Part shown: piece by piece, positions 50,557-64,000 of the stretch
Numbering within the stretch: the stretch's first letter is position 1
Layout of the letters: each line of letters starts with the position of its first letter
NCBI GenBank assembly: GCA_964016885.1
Contig: OZ024742.1
Coordinates: 38,502,001 to 38,566,000, forward strand
Source of the DNA: Eledone cirrhosa
Taxonomy: Eukaryota
DNA length: 64,000 nucleotides
Reading direction: 5' to 3'
The notes under the pieces: model-generated
Told to the model about the DNA's origin: nothing
The model's database searches: none
Seen by the model: only the letters and a program-made list of their open reading frames with translations
Translations under genes and position numbers: made by a program

Positions 50557-53500
50557 TTCAAATTTCAAATCACTTAGCGCTTTCATAATATATATATATA
50601 TATATATATATATAATCATCACCACTATTTAATATCAATTTTTGATGCTTACATGGGTTAAACCTGTTGTCACATTATGAAGCCAGGCAGATCAAGTAAC
50701 CATATCTTGCTCATACATTCCATTTTGGGCTTGGTTTTCTATGGCTGAATGCCTTTCCTAATGCCAACCACTCTACAGTGTGTACTGGGACCATTTTTTG
50801 TGGCACTACCACTACTTCTTTACGGGGTGGACTGGGTGCTTTTTGTTGTGGCACCAATACAGCCACCTTGCAGCATGGAAATAGATATTAGAGAGTAGTG
50901 GTGATGATGATATATGAGTGAGTGTGTTTGTATATTTTACATTATAATTAAAAATGTTAAGATTGTTTGATACATGCCACTGCCAGATGAAGGTAAACTC
51001 TGTGATATGCATGTGATCAAATTTGTTATTTGAAGAAGCCATTAGAAACACAGTTAACAAGAAAACATAGTTTCATGTAACTGCTTGATATTCTGCCACA
51101 TGTGAAACAGCTTAACTTTTTTAATACCAAACCGCCACTAGTTTTATGATAAAAGACTTATCATTATCATTTCATGTAAAAAAACCTTTGTTAGGTTATG
51201 TACCAAAAACCAGCTTAAAAGTGAGAAAGTTATATATCCTTCCAAATTCTTATTTTCAAAATATTTTGAAAATCATAGACAGTGTTTTTCATTAGAAATA
51301 TGGTAAAAAGGTTAAAAAATACATACATGCACACAAATACACACAAATTTTACTTCATCCAATTTAACCCTTTAATTTGCTTCCCTTCCCTTATCTAATA
51401 ACCTATATTTTTACTTTTTGTTCCGATCGCTGTCTTACGCCTCAAGATAAAGTATGAAATTATAATCCCTTGATGCTCCACAATCATTTCCATTGTAAGT
51501 GGCCATTCCTCTTGTGTATGGAAAATTCTGTTAGAAAGATTTTAACTCTTTTGATACCAACCTGGAAAAAACTGGTTCTATGAAACAAAACCACCTATTT
51601 TAAAGGGTTTCTGTTTAAATTATAATCTTCCAATATAATTTTATATAGGAACCATATGTTGCATTACTATCTTATTAATTAAATAATTAATAATTTTAGT
51701 AAACTTCTCAAAATTCTTCATTGATTGAAATAGTGTGGATTATTAATCCATTACAATCAACCCTTTCATTACCATATTTCTAATAAAAGGCACTGTCTAT
51801 GATTTTCAAATAGTTTTGAAAATAATCAACAATTATGAGCTATTTAGTAAAATAACGAACTTTCACATGATTACACTGCTGTTTGGAATATAACTTAAAG
51901 ATTCATCATTATCATACGTCCATTTTTCCCCTGCTAGCAAAGGTTGGCTGGGTTTTCACAGACCAAGTCAGTACTTAATTGGAGCTCTGACCTCTTAGAT
52001 AAGTCAGGGGTCTGCATCTCACATGCCATCCCATGCTCTACTAAGTGCATTTTATTGTGGCACCAGCACTAGGGAGGCTGTCATGTCTTTGATACAGATG
52101 AATGGTCCTCCTGATCCTTTGTTCAGGATGTTTTTGTTTTTTTGTGGCTGGATGTCTTTCCTATCATGAATCACTTTACAAAGTGTAATAGGCGTGATTA
52201 TGTAGATCAACACTAGAGAGATATGCTACTGACACAACTGAGACATTTTCTCAACACATTTTGGTGTAGTATCTACATTGGAAAGCCTTTCCTATCTTAT
52301 ATAAAATTATAATGGAAGGTTTTTTTACAAATATAAACATTTAAAAACAGTTTTGTATCCTGGATCCAAAGGTAGTTTGATATCAAAAGGGTTAAAAGAT
52401 TTGTTAACAAAGATATAGTCCAACCAGCTGTTTTAGCAATAGGATAATGCAGCTCAAGCATTGTAAATTCATTCATATGCCAAAGATTACAATTAGCAGA
52501 AACACATTTTGTTCACCTTCACTAATTTAAATAAGTACACTCACCATGCATTGAGTTATTTACTCTTTCATATTTATATATCATTTTCATCCATATCATT
52601 AACCAAAGATGGAGTGGAGGGCTGACCTATTACAATTCCTAACCTCTATCTTAACTCTTTTGTTACAATATTTCTAATGATAGGTACTGTTTATGTATGA
52701 TTTTTTAATTATTTAAAAATTAATCAAGATTTTGAAGGGATTTAATATAACTAACTTTCTCATAATGAAGCTACTGTTTGGAGCATAACTTAACAAAAGT
52801 TCTTACATCAAATTATGAAACACTTTAAAATAAACAGCTTTTTATTAAGTTGGTGTTTGGACAATTTAATAAAGGTTCTTACAGAAAATTATGGCAGAAG
52901 CTCTTTAGATAAATATAAACACATTAAAACATAATTTTGTATCATAGAACCAGAGCCAACTTTAGATTTTGTAATATAACTTTCTCATTATTATGCTGGT
53001 GTTTAGAACATAGCCTAACAAAAGTTCTTGCTTAGAATTATGGTGGAAGGCTGTTAGATAAATATAATCACTTTTCTATTGTAGAAACAGGGCTGATTTC
53101 AGGCATTTTGCTATCAAAAGAACTAGTTTGCATCATAATGGGTGTTGTCCTTATTTCATTTTCTTGACCCGTTTAAAAGGATTCTACAAAATCGATTGCC
53201 TTTGACATTGCCCTGGGCCTTTACATATATACTTTTCTTTCATATTCTTTGTGACACTAACTGTTCTCAGTGCTAATCTCACCAATATTAACTTTGCTTT
53301 TCATTTTTCTAAGGTTGCTAAATACCAGTAATTTCACTGGCTTTAGTTTACTCTACTTATTCCATATATACTATGGTCTTGGTCTAGCCAAAAGCAAGTA
53401 TTTGTAGACTTAATTTATGCTTACTTCACTGTATCACAAAAATCTGTTGGTGTAAATACTCTGTGAATTGCCTTATAAACATTTGTATGTGTATATCACT

Positions 53501-54339
53501 GTTAAATATCTTGAAGTTATTTTTATTGGATTTTCTGACAAATGTATAAACATGTTTGAAAGCTAGATAAGATAACAGGATGTAATAACTACAGTTTCCA
53601 GAGTTATTCTCCTACAGTGAACTGACCTTGTGCATAATCAACTTTAGGATTTGACCTCAAAGCAGTAAGTATTGGGAAGCACACTGACAACAATCCTAAA
53701 TGATGCTATCCAGCTAAGTACTGGTTGACAGTGAAAGGAAGGTGTTTAGTTAGGCACCACTATCGTGTTGGGGAGCTAGTCAGAATCTGTAGGAAATGGA
53801 TCACTCTGGATGTGGCATGTTACTTACTTTTAATTATATTGGCATTTAACCAGTATTGGCTGACTCAGCTCCAATAAATCTAAATTGCCGTGAGAACTAC
53901 ATTAAAAGTACACATAGTTGTGGAATGCTCAGCCACTTGCCCATTAAGTTAATGAGCAGGCTATTCGATTGGTCAAACAACTGGAGCACTTGCTGTCTGA
54001 ACTGATGGATGTTCAACACTTGATATCAATAAGAACCATATGTTGAGAGATAAATAATCAGTAATTCAGCTATTCATTAGTAAACTAGAGAAATAATTCA
54101 ATATATTGCATAAGCACACATTATAAATTAATAAAACAGCAAAATAACTTTGAAAATCGGGATTATTCCTAATTGCTTTGGTGCCTTTTCAAAGATCCAA
54201 GCCATCCAGTTCAGATGTCAGCGAGAGCATACTTTCCCTATTTTAACATCTTGGGCTGAATTTCATCCTCCCAGAAGCCTTTCCACATAGCACTTTGATT
54301 GTTCTTGTGACTTCAGCCACTGTGAAGTTAGTCTTCACT

Positions 54340-55040
54340 CCTAGATGCAGCTCATAAACATCAGAAAATGTTGATCTGCAAAATATTTTCTCCACTTTAC
54401 CAGGATGCACCTCTCTTCAGTGGGAACCCCAGACGAGTTCCTGATTGCTGACCAAATATTTACTCTGTGGCAGGTCTTCAAGAAATCGTGGAGTATTGTC
54501 AAGAAGTATATGCTTATTTCATGGACCTCATTCCATGAAACTTGTGAAAGGTACTGCAAGACAGCTACTTGTTGCCTTGAAGATCCTAGTATTTGTTTTT
54601 GAATAAATGGTACTAAGTCGAAACCATTCAGTGTGGCAGCTAGGCTCTGATAAGTGTGCGTATTTTCTCGTCCTGTTCATAATCTTTATGAACAGGATTG
54701 ACATGCACAGCCAGGTTGGAAATACTATCAAAACAGGCATGTGTAGAATCAGTCAGCTGATATTTGCAGACATGGTGCTGCTTACTGTATTTCCTGGCGC
54801 CGAAGATGCTCTGTCCTCGAGGACGCACCCTAATTTTGACAACTAAAAATTTGAAAAAAAAATAATAATGAGAAATGCAACCTTCGGCCTCCAGGATGCA
54901 TGGTAGATTTTTGAGACTTATTTTAGGAAAAAAGTAGTGTCTTCGACACCAGGAAACACGGTAACTCATTGGAAGATGCTCTCTGATATGCACTGGATAG
55001 GTTTGCTGTCGAGTGTTGCATGGCAGAAATTAAAATCAGT
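54340..55040 (+). mobile_element. Degenerate RTE-like RT fragment interrupted by a MITE
   Basis: DQIFTL, LFIIFMNRI and LIFADMVL motifs. Confidence 0.65.
54785..54961. mobile_element. Tc2/pogo-like MITE with TA TSD
   Basis: TA|CTGTATTTCCTGGCGCCGAAGA ... TCTTCGACACCAGGAAACACGG|TA. Confidence 0.82.
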
Positions 55041-55044
55041 TCTG

Positions 55045-56505
55045 TGAGGGAAGGCAAGTGGCTGAATTAATGCAAGGATTGCTGGAGTTGGTGCAGTAAT
55101 GCACCAGCTTCAGCACTCGGTCATCGGAAACAACAAAGCAAACAGTACAGTACAATAAAGGAATATATCAGTTTAATACTTGAAAGGGACAGGTGTTACA
55201 GTAGGAGCAAGAACGGAGAGGGAAGTCAGGTGGAATCCTAGGGAAGGAACTGCGTCCCTGTAGGTGGCAGAGATTACAGGTGCGCTTAAAGGTGGTGATG
55301 GGTGGGTTGGGAAAGAAACAAGAAGTCATGGGATCAGAAGAGAGGGTGCAGAAATAAAGGAGAATAGCGTGGTATAGTGGTAGGTGAGGGGGAAAGGAAG
55401 TTTTTTTATTGGTGGGGGCTGTGGTATGATCAGTTTCATGGGTTCTGGTGAGGGCAGCTTGGATTAAGGTTAGGGGATATTCACACTGGATGAAACGGAA
55501 GGCCATGTGTTAGGACTGGGTCTTGAAATCACAGCCCTGACTTCAGAGCTGGCGAAGACAAAGGAATTTGGAGTTTGGTGTTTAGTGGGTGAAGTTGAAG
55601 TATGAGTGTGTGTCAGTGGGTTTGTAGAAGAGGGAGATGTATAGAAATTGGACAGAAGAGTCGGAGTCAGATATAGTGATGGTAAGGGCAAGACGGAAAG
55701 ATTGGACAAAGGTAAGAAAAGAGTTGAGCTGTTCATGGGAGAGAGAGGTGGTGCCAATACAGTTGTTGATGTAATGGACATATAATTCAGGGGTAGGTCC
55801 AGTATACTGGGAGAAGATTTGGGCTTCAACATAGCCGACAAAAAAGTTGACATAGTTCAGGCCCTTTCTAGATCCCAGGGTTACCCCAGAAACCTGGTGG
55901 CAATACTCTCCTGAAAAGAATGAGAATGAGGTCAGCAAGGAAGAGAAGAGTGGAAGTGCTAAGATAGTGGGTGGGACATAAATCTAAAAAGTGTTGGATG
56001 GCAGGGAGGAATAACAGTGTAGAGAGTGGTAATGTCCATTATGAAAAGGAGTTAAAGAGTCATAGGGTGGGGATGTGTGCAAGTATTTGGAGACAAATTC
56101 AGTTGGACAGTTGCAAGAGGGGGCAGCCAGAGTTGATGGGTTTGTGAATCTTGGGGAGGAAATAGATGGTAGGAGTTTGGGGTGTACTAGAAGATTAGTG
56201 GTGGGAGGAGATGAGTTGGCGGATAGTGGAAGACACGATCTGTTGGTAACCGGGGGTGGAATTAGAATTTATAGGGCAATACAAAAGGAGCTTATGAAGC
56301 TGGCAGAAGACCTCAACCTGGTAGATCCATGTACCACAGTACCACCTTTGTCAGCGGGTTTAGCAACAATGTCATTGTGATGCCATAGAGAGCAGAGAGC
56401 TCAGCCCAAGTGAGGTTGGAGCAACAAGAATGCTTGCGAAAATTAAAACAGTTCAAGATGTGATGGCAGATATCCACAAAGGAGTCAAGAGTATTGAACT
56501 GGCCA
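55045..56505 (-). mobile_element. Old degenerate Penelope-like element, different clade from the Naiad-type pair
   Basis: ADKGGTVV, SFFSGEYCHQVSGV.LGS..GLNY.NFFVG, YINN (YIDD relic), YKPTDTHSY. Confidence 0.8.
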
Positions 56506-56656
56506 GATAAATAAATATGCGTGTGTAGTCTAAATAATAGGGCATATAAACCACCTTAATGGAAAAAAAACAAACATTAGCATCTTCGGCACACACATCC
56601 ATAACATATGCTTGCCAGGTTTCAATGCTACAATTTTAACAAACTGTCCATCACAT

Positions 56657-57430
56657 TCATCATCATCATCATCACCGTTTTACGTCCGTTCTTCCACGCT
56701 AGCATGGGTTAGACGGGTTGTCCTGTTGTGGGCAGTGTCTGGTCGGCTGACCATGCCTTGCTCATACAGGAACTGATCTGGCTTGATTTCTACAGCTGGA
56801 TGCCCTTCCTAACACCAACCTCATTTACAGTGAGTGCTGGGTGCTTTTTCGTGGCGCCTACACGTCCACTTTACAGTGTGGGCTGGGTGCTTTTTTGCCG
56901 TGGCACCTCCACGACCACCTTGCGGTGGGGGGGGGGGGGGGGGGGCATATTGTTTATATGCTTCAGCATGTACCCATGGGAGGTCGGGTACCCTGTATTA
57001 CTGTGTGACGCCAGAAGTCACGGTCGTGTGTCATTGACTTTGAGAGGTGTAGTTGGGTAAGGTCGGCTTTTATCACCTCATCCCAAGTCATCTTGGGTCT
57101 CCCCACTCCGCGGTTTCCATCAACTTCTAGTGCTCTGCACCTTTTTATGCAGCTGTCATCCTTCATACGCATCACATGTCCATACCAGCGTAACCGCCTC
57201 TCCTGCACGCAGCATTTGATTCCTCTTATGCTCAGTCTCTCTCTCAATTCATTTATGCTTTGTCGTTCACGTATATTACTGTTACACATCCATTGGAGCA
57301 TGCAGGCTTCGTTTCTCTCTAATCTACGTAAGTCTTCCACCTTCAGCGCCCAGGTCTCACTACCATGCAACATCGCTGTTCGGATACACGCATCATACAG
57401 TCTGCCTTTCATTCTGAGGGAGAAGCCTTT
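56657..57430 (-). mobile_element. Young RTE 3' fragment
   Basis: ORF 56963-57412 is almost identical to the C-terminus of the 831-aa ORF; (ATC)n on +; 5' end abuts (TA)n. Confidence 0.95.
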
Positions 57431-57510
57431 ATATATATATATGTATTTAAAAGGTATGGCACATGCTTCTGATATTCTCAGACATCGAATCTTTAATCTA
57501 ATTTTGATAG

Positions 57511-57543
<33 letters not shown>

Positions 57544-58210
57544 CTTCTTTGCTTACTTATTCCTGGGAGTATCATTGGAGCAGGACCTGAAGCATGCGTT
57601 CCAGTCCATCCTGTCCAGAAGCAACTGTCTCCAATTGATCCAGCTGCATCCTCAAGCGTGATCAGTCAAGCTCATTGATGTTATCCAACCATCTTGCTCG
57701 GGGTCTGTTTCTGGTTAGTTTTGCCCATAAAATCTGTCCAGCAATTCTTTCCTGAGACAGTCTAACCACATGACTGTAGTATTGGAGCTGTGATCTTTCA
57801 ATTCGGATAAGTAGCGGCTCTACCTGGAACCCCTTCATCTCTGAGCTACACACTCAATTGAGTAAAGTTGCTCCAAAGACCCTTTGGAGGAACCCCGTTT
57901 CAGATGCTTGTATTCTTTCGGTCATAGCATCTGAAACTAATGATTCCCAGAAGACAGCTGAGTGTGAATGTTTGTCTTTCCTCCAAGTTTTCTATGTCCT
58001 TTATATGCCTCCCGTGTTTATATATATATATGAGTGATATATAAAACTGACTAGCCTATCTGCTGATACGCAAATCTGGCTGATCAGTGGGTCTGCTAAT
58101 ATGCAGATCTGATTGATCAAGCAGTCTGCTAATGTGCAAATCAGGCCGATCAGTCACTGTATATTCCAGAAAATATCATATATTTTCACTAGTTCTGACA
58201 GTTGATAGGT

Positions 58211-58273
58211 AAACAGTATACAGTACTGATGAAGGGTAATAACCCAGAAACATTAGTGACTGCTGTTCTGTTT
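58211..58273 (+). ncRNA. Hammerhead motif with mutated cleavage triplet
   Basis: ACAGTA-CTGATGA-A-GGGT-AATA-ACCC-A-GAAA-CATTAGTG-AC-TGCTGT; GAC in place of GUH. Confidence 0.65.
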
Positions 58274-58661
58274 ACATGCCAACACAAGAGCAAGAATGAC
58301 AGAATCATTCTACTGATATGGCCTAAGAGGCTGTTTGCATAATTGCAAACGAATTGAAAATTATTATTAATATTAAAAAAACTCTGAATTAGCAGAAAAT
58401 GCATAAAATCATAAATTCAAATGTTTATAGTATGTTTAATAGTGAACGGAGTGTTGTGAAAATTTCTAGGATTAGCGTAAAGACTTTAATGTTTAATGTG
58501 GTTACGGATGTTAAAAGTTCATGGTAAAACGTTTCTTCATAACTGATAAAATTTAACTGAAATTGCAAATGAGTGTATTATTTTATTTTTTACCCAGACT
58601 TAATTCAATCTTTGACATTCATTGCTTGTAATGTCTATTATATATTAACTGTTTTGGTGAT

Positions 58662-58787
58662 CTATGTGCCACTGACACCATAATGGTTGTTGATGGCATC
58701 AATTAATTCTTTCTTTTTCTTTGCAAAACATTTGATATCATTTTCTCTCATCATTTTTCCTAGTTCAGCCAGTTTAAGTTTTTCCAG
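58662..58787 (-). CDS. XRCC6: XRCC6 last exon, SAP-like domain (LEKLKLAELGKMMRENDIKCFAKKKKELIDAINNHYGVSGT*)
   Basis: gaacag|; SAP pattern L..L...EL...(K)K.ELI..I; AATAAA on minus at 58582-58587. Confidence 0.9.
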   Translation of the reverse strand: MEKLKLAELGKMMRENDIKCFAKKKKELIDAINNHYGVSGT

Positions 58788-59314
58788 CTGTTCAAAAAGA
58801 AAATATACAATAAATGTGGTTGGTGTTAGGAAGGGCATCCAGCTGTAGAAAACCCGCCAGACAATCCTATGCGAGCAAGACAACCACTCTTGCCTCAAGT
58901 GGGAAGACTCCCGTCCAAACCCATGCAAACGTGGAACATGGACGTTAAACGATGATGATGATGATGATGATGATATAACCTTCATTTATTTTATTTGATA
59001 GACTGAAAAAGAGAAGAAGTGTCCAAAATCTTTTTTAAACCTTCTAGATTAAAGAATAGGAGTAAATGAGTAGGTAAAGTTAACCCTTTTGATATTAAAT
59101 TGCCCCATTAAGTTAGATTCCTAAGGAAATTACTAGATAACGAAGTAGAGAACTAGAAAATTACTGAATATGGTGTACTTAAACCTTTTGATATCAAACT
59201 GCTTGAAACCACCACAGGTTCGACAATACAAAACTGTTTATTTTAAAGTGTATGAATATATATATATATGTATGTATGTATGTAAAAGGTAAACAGAAAC
59301 AACAACACAATCGG

Positions 59315-59350
<36 letters not shown>

Positions 59351-59358
59351 CGCGTGTG

Positions 59359-59397
<39 letters not shown>

Positions 59398-62300
59398 ATC
59401 TACCAGCTTAATTCTTCATTATTTTCAAAATTTATCAGAAATATGGTAACAGAAGAGTTAAACTAATTTTTAGAACTAAGTAAAGAGTTAAGGGCTTGCT
59501 CTGTTTTTTCCATGAGTTGGCCTGGTATTGCAGTACTTCTCTATATAACCTATTTATAGTTTCTTTGACTAAGAGTGTTGATCTACATTTATTTATTACT
59601 ATTTGAGGAACCGTTTCCAACTATTTACATTCTGAATCCAAATCTTGCCAAGGTCAACTTTGCCTATCATCCTTCCAGGGTCCATTTGATTGACTTCCTC
59701 TTTCCCCCAAATTCCTGGCCTTGTGCCTAAATTAAAAATCATTATTTGAGGGACTCACTACATTTAAAGAAGATGCCCTCAGTTGTTATCCTATTGCCCC
59801 CTTTAGATATTAAACTCTTTTGATACCAACCTGCCTAAAACTGCCTCAGATTCTATGATATAAAACTAACCATTTAAAAATATTCATACATATATTGAAA
59901 CATTCACCAAAATTTTATTAAGATATTTTTGAGTTATGATCCAAATTCTAGCTTAATAATGAAAAAGATGTTTTACAAAATTCCTAAAAAATCTAATTTA
60001 TTCCAAAATTAATTGAAACACATTTGAAATTTAGTAAGGAAAAAGTTAAGGTGATTTAATAGGAAGGAAAAAAAGCACCCCCCCCCCCCACACACACATG
60101 ATGATTGGCTATAGGTTTACTTCTATGAGGTACAAACATAGGCAGGGTGTTTTGTGAAAGCCCAGCCAGCCAACTATGCATGTCAGCCTCCCTTTCCCAT
60201 GACACTGATGACAAAGGAAAAAAATCAAAGGCTGACAGCTTGGCACCAGTGTTGTTGCAACTCATTGCTTTCAGCTGAGTGAACTGGAGCAATGTAAAAT
60301 AAAGTGTCTTGCTCAAAGACACAATATAGCACCCAGTCCAGAAATGAGTCTCACTATCTTACATGCATGATCCCAGCACCCTAACCACTAAGCTACATAC
60401 CTTTGTTGATTAATAAATAAACAGATAAGTGAACAAGTAAATAGGAAGCAAGTTGAGTAATACTAACCTTTCCCTCCATGCACAATACTTTCAAGTCTTG
60501 GTCAGTAAGTGGACGTTTGGTAGATTCATGTGATGCATCACTTCCTGAAGCTCGCTATGTTCACAGAAAGGTAAATGAAATAATTACTGTCTTACAGTTT
60601 TAAACAACATATAACAGCTTGAAACAATAGGAACACACACAAAAAAAACAAAAGGATTTATATTTATTATACACTGTTATTTAATAGTGCTACATTGGCA
60701 CTAAATGACCGGCAGATAAAATACCCCTGCCCCAGTAGGCTAGCTTCTCATGGTGATAATAGGTACTAAATGACCAGCAGGAAGTACACTCTTCCCCAGC
60801 AAGCTGGTTTCTTGCGGGACCCTAAAAGACTGATAGATAGTATATCCCATTGCTAGCAGGCTAGCTTGTCATGGGAGATAGTAGGCCCTAAATGACCAGC
60901 AGATATTATACTCCTTCCCCAGAGTGATCTCTCATGGGAGATAGTAGGCCCTAAATGACCAGCAGATATTATACTCCTTCCCCAGCAAGCTGACCTCTTG
61001 TGGGAAGTATTTAACCTAAAAATGTGATCAAGAACATTCTCAAACACCAACTAAATATGTTTATGATACTTTGTACTCTGCTGTAGGCAGAAATAATTGT
61101 TTCTACTTTTGGCACAATTACCCAGTGCATAACTGGTACTTTATTTTATCGACCCTGTAAGGATGAAAGACAAAGTTAACCTCAGCGGGATTTGAACTCA
61201 GAATGGCAAGGGCCATAACTCTATGCGTCAAAGCATGGCATCCGACCCTCTACCAATACTGCCAATTGTAGGCAGAAATGATTAGAAGATATTAAGCAAG
61301 AATTTATCCTATTTTTCATGATATTTCTATCAGTCTGCTATAAGTATGGCATATGGTGTTATTACAGCTTATACCTATGTAGGTTTAACTGGCCTCTTAT
61401 GAGGTTGTATCTCGTAGGATACAACACACTAACTAGCCAGGATTGAGTCCAATACCCTAACCACTCAGCCATATAGATGATCTGGGAAAACAGACTAGCC
61501 AGTCGAGGAATCAAGCTGATAACCTTATGACCATGATTTAGTTCAACACCTTAACCACTCAGCCATGAACATTGATCTGGGAAAACAAGACATCTCTTAC
61601 CTTCTTCTTGTTATCTGGGTTGTAGTCACTGGGAAAGATGGCTTCTTTGAATTGATGGATTTCATCTTTAGCTTTCCTATCTATTTTATCATTATCTGGC
61701 TCTGGAACAATGAAAGCAAATAATTATAATAATAATGGTGGTGGTGGTGGTGGTGGTGGTAAAGTTATGGTAGCGGTAGAGTGAATTTACAGCTTACAGC
61801 TTTAGCTGACCTACAATGTGAAATGAGGCGTCTTACTTAAGAAGGCACTGTATCACCCAGTTAAGGTATTGAACCCACAATCTTAATATAGTGAGTCCAA
61901 CAATTTAATCACTGGGTAACATGACTTCATTCTCAATATGTTTTAACACTAATTTTTTTTATATTGATAGCATTTTAATAAAATATACACATAAGATAAA
62001 AAGGTTCACATTGGTATGGGCATAGTTATGTGGTTAAGGAGTTTGCTTTGCAACCACATAATTTTGGGTCCAGTCCCACTTCATGGTACTTTGAGCAAGT
62101 GCCTTCTATAATCTTGGGTTATCCAATGCCATGTGAATAAAATTTAGTAGATGGAAACTGTATGGAAGCCCGTCATGTATTCTGTAAAGTGCTTAGCTGT
62201 AGAAACCATGCCAAATATGAAAGGTAAGAGTCAAGATATGGTTCTCCATCCAATCTAGTCACAGTCATTTATGACTCATTCCATCCAAAGTGGATGTGAA

Positions 62301-62674
62301 GATGAAATAATGATATATGTTTGTGTGTGTGTGTGTCTACATTTGTGTCTGAGTTTATGTTCCCTAATTTAATGGTTTCACAAAAAAGAAATCAATAAAA
62401 TAAGTCCCAGACTTTTAAAAATATGATCAACTTCAAGGCAATGCTTCAGCATGACTACAGTCTAATGACTGAAACAAGTAAAAGGATAAAAGAGATAAAA
62501 GAATAAACTTACTTGTATTGTCAACAAATTCTTCAGGGCATTCCTTGTCAAGAACTTTGTTTTCTATATTCAACCAATGGTATTTAAGAGTAGGGTTGTC
62601 AAAATTGTTGAAATCATACTTGAATTTAAGTTTTTTGATGAGATTCTTGGCTAAATCTATCTGTTCATCTTGAG
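58662..62674 (-). CDS. XRCC6: XRCC6/Ku70, last four coding exons (gene continues beyond the window)
   Basis: The spliced translation matches the Ku70 C-terminus: FKYDFNNFDNPTL (cf. FENPVLQQH), FPSDYNP, then a SAP-like domain. Introns are GT-AG with consistent phases. Confidence 0.92.
58811..58975 (+). mobile_element. RTE 3' end fragment next to the XRCC6 last acceptor
   Basis: Matches 14747-14911; (GAT)n tail. Confidence 0.9.
60468..60554 (-). CDS. XRCC6: XRCC6 exon (RASGSDASHESTKRPLTDQDLKVLCMEGK)
   Basis: acatag| and |gttagt; 87 nt, phase 0; linker before the SAP domain. Confidence 0.82.
60700..61000. repeat. ~60-bp tandem repeat
   Basis: Recurring ctaaatgaccagcagatattatactccttcccc...catgggagatagtaggcc. 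Confidence 0.85.
61601..61701 (-). CDS. XRCC6: XRCC6 exon (PDNDKIDRKAKDEIHQFKEAIFPSDYNPDNKKK)
   Basis: ttccag| and |gtaaga; P.DYNP motif. Confidence 0.92.
62513..62674 (-). CDS. XRCC6: XRCC6 exon (QDEQIDLAKNLIKKLKFKYDFNNFDNPTLKYHW...FVDNT)
   Basis: tctcag| and |gtaagt on the minus strand. Confidence 0.92.
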
Positions 62675-62999
62675 CTGAGAAAAAGAATAACAACAATAAT
62701 AATGATTTCTACTATAGGCACAAGGCCAGCATTTTAGGGGGAGGGAAAAGTTGATTAAATCGACCCGAATGTATTACTGGTATTTTATTTTATCGACCCT
62801 GTAAGGATGAAAGGCAAAGCTAACCTCGGCAGGACTTGAACTCCCATCGTAAAGGGTCGTAACTGTGCTGTAAAGCATGGTGTCCGACATTCTACTGATA
62901 CCACCAATCCACCACCCTAATAACAACAATAATAATGTTGATTTCTAACATGGCCACAAGGCCTCATATTTGGAGGTTGTGGGGTTATAATCAATTAGA

Positions 63000-63830
63000 T
63001 TTTTTACAACTTATATCAAAGACCAAAGTTTTAGTAAGTAAGAAAGAAGACAGGACTCTAGTTCCATCAGGGAAATGGCCATGCACAATATGAAGAGAAG
63101 GAGTAGGAAGGGAATCTATTCAATTTACACAATGTAAAACATGGGTACACAAAAGATATAGTGGGATTGTAGGCAGACTAACAAAAAAGGTAGACTTTGT
63201 ATGTGGGAGATGTACAGAAGTAATTAGTAGTAAGAACACCTGTGTAAAATACTTTCTCCAATCCTGGGAAAGCTTTATAGAAGTAGTTGATAGCTTCTGT
63301 TACCTAGGTGACCTAATTAAATAGAATAAGGATCAGATAAAAGAAATTCAGAGAGCTACTGCCTCCGATGACAACAAAAGGGCGACTGTATGGTGCCTAT
63401 GTACAAAATGTGATGTTGCATGGCAGTGAAACATAGGTAGTAAATGCAAAGGGTATGTGAAAGCTGGAGTGAAATGAAGCAAGCATGCTTCAATGGATGT
63501 GTGATGCTAGTATGCATGACCGGTGAAGCATAGATAGGCTGAGAGAAAACTGGGTATTAGTAGAATCAAATGAATTGTACAAGAAAGAAGATAGCATATA
63601 GATGATAATTGATGAGTAAAGAAGTGCCAGGAGTTCCCAGTGGAAGGAAGCTGCTATAGAGGGAGACTAACAAAGACTTGGTCAGAAGTGGTGAGAGTGG
63701 ATTTTAAAATGCTGAACTTGACAGAGGAGATGACAAAGGAATGCAGTAGATGGAGGGAAGCTGTACTGGAAAAAAACATTCAACCCATGCAAGCTTAGAA
63801 AAATGGACATGAAAGCATGTGGATGATGAT
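63000..63830 (+). mobile_element. Older degenerate RTE 3' half in an XRCC6 intron
   Basis: Relics of [21 protein letters not shown] and MLHGSET with stops. Confidence 0.8.
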
Positions 63831-64000
63831 GTAAAGTGGCACTGCTGGTGCCATGATAACATGCACTAAGCACACTCAGCAAAATAATAAGTGCTGGTTC
63901 CATAATAAAATAAAACCAGTACACTTTGTAAAGTGGTTGGTATTAGGAAAGGCATCGAATCATAGAAACGATGCCCAATATGGAACATATGAGCAGGATG

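Overview
AT-rich, microsatellite-rich animal genomic DNA. The repeat complement looks like a coleoid cephalopod (Octopus-like); this is inference, not a database result. Two spliced host genes converge tail-to-tail. RIC8/synembryn lies on + (14 phase-compatible coding exons, 19633-47829, 543 codons plus stop; first exon not found). The last four exons of XRCC6/Ku70 lie on - (62674-58662). The rest is mobile DNA: young RTE LINEs with a PHD-like finger and (GAT)n tails, three Penelope-like elements (two Naiad-type, convergent), a CRE-type RLE retroposon 3' fragment, a CR1-type remnant, a non-autonomous Helitron, mariner relics, piggyBac- and Tc2-like MITEs, two tRNA-SINE families, minisatellites, a ~3.2-kb tandem duplication and a 200-N gap. 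The main unannotated signal is a set of type-I hammerhead ribozyme (HHR) motifs: three with intact cores (5561, 10011, 10346) and five degenerate ones. Five of the eight cluster at 5.5-10.5 kb beside microsatellites, and several sit in short ORF-less units with snap-back inverted ends. All structures were paired by eye.
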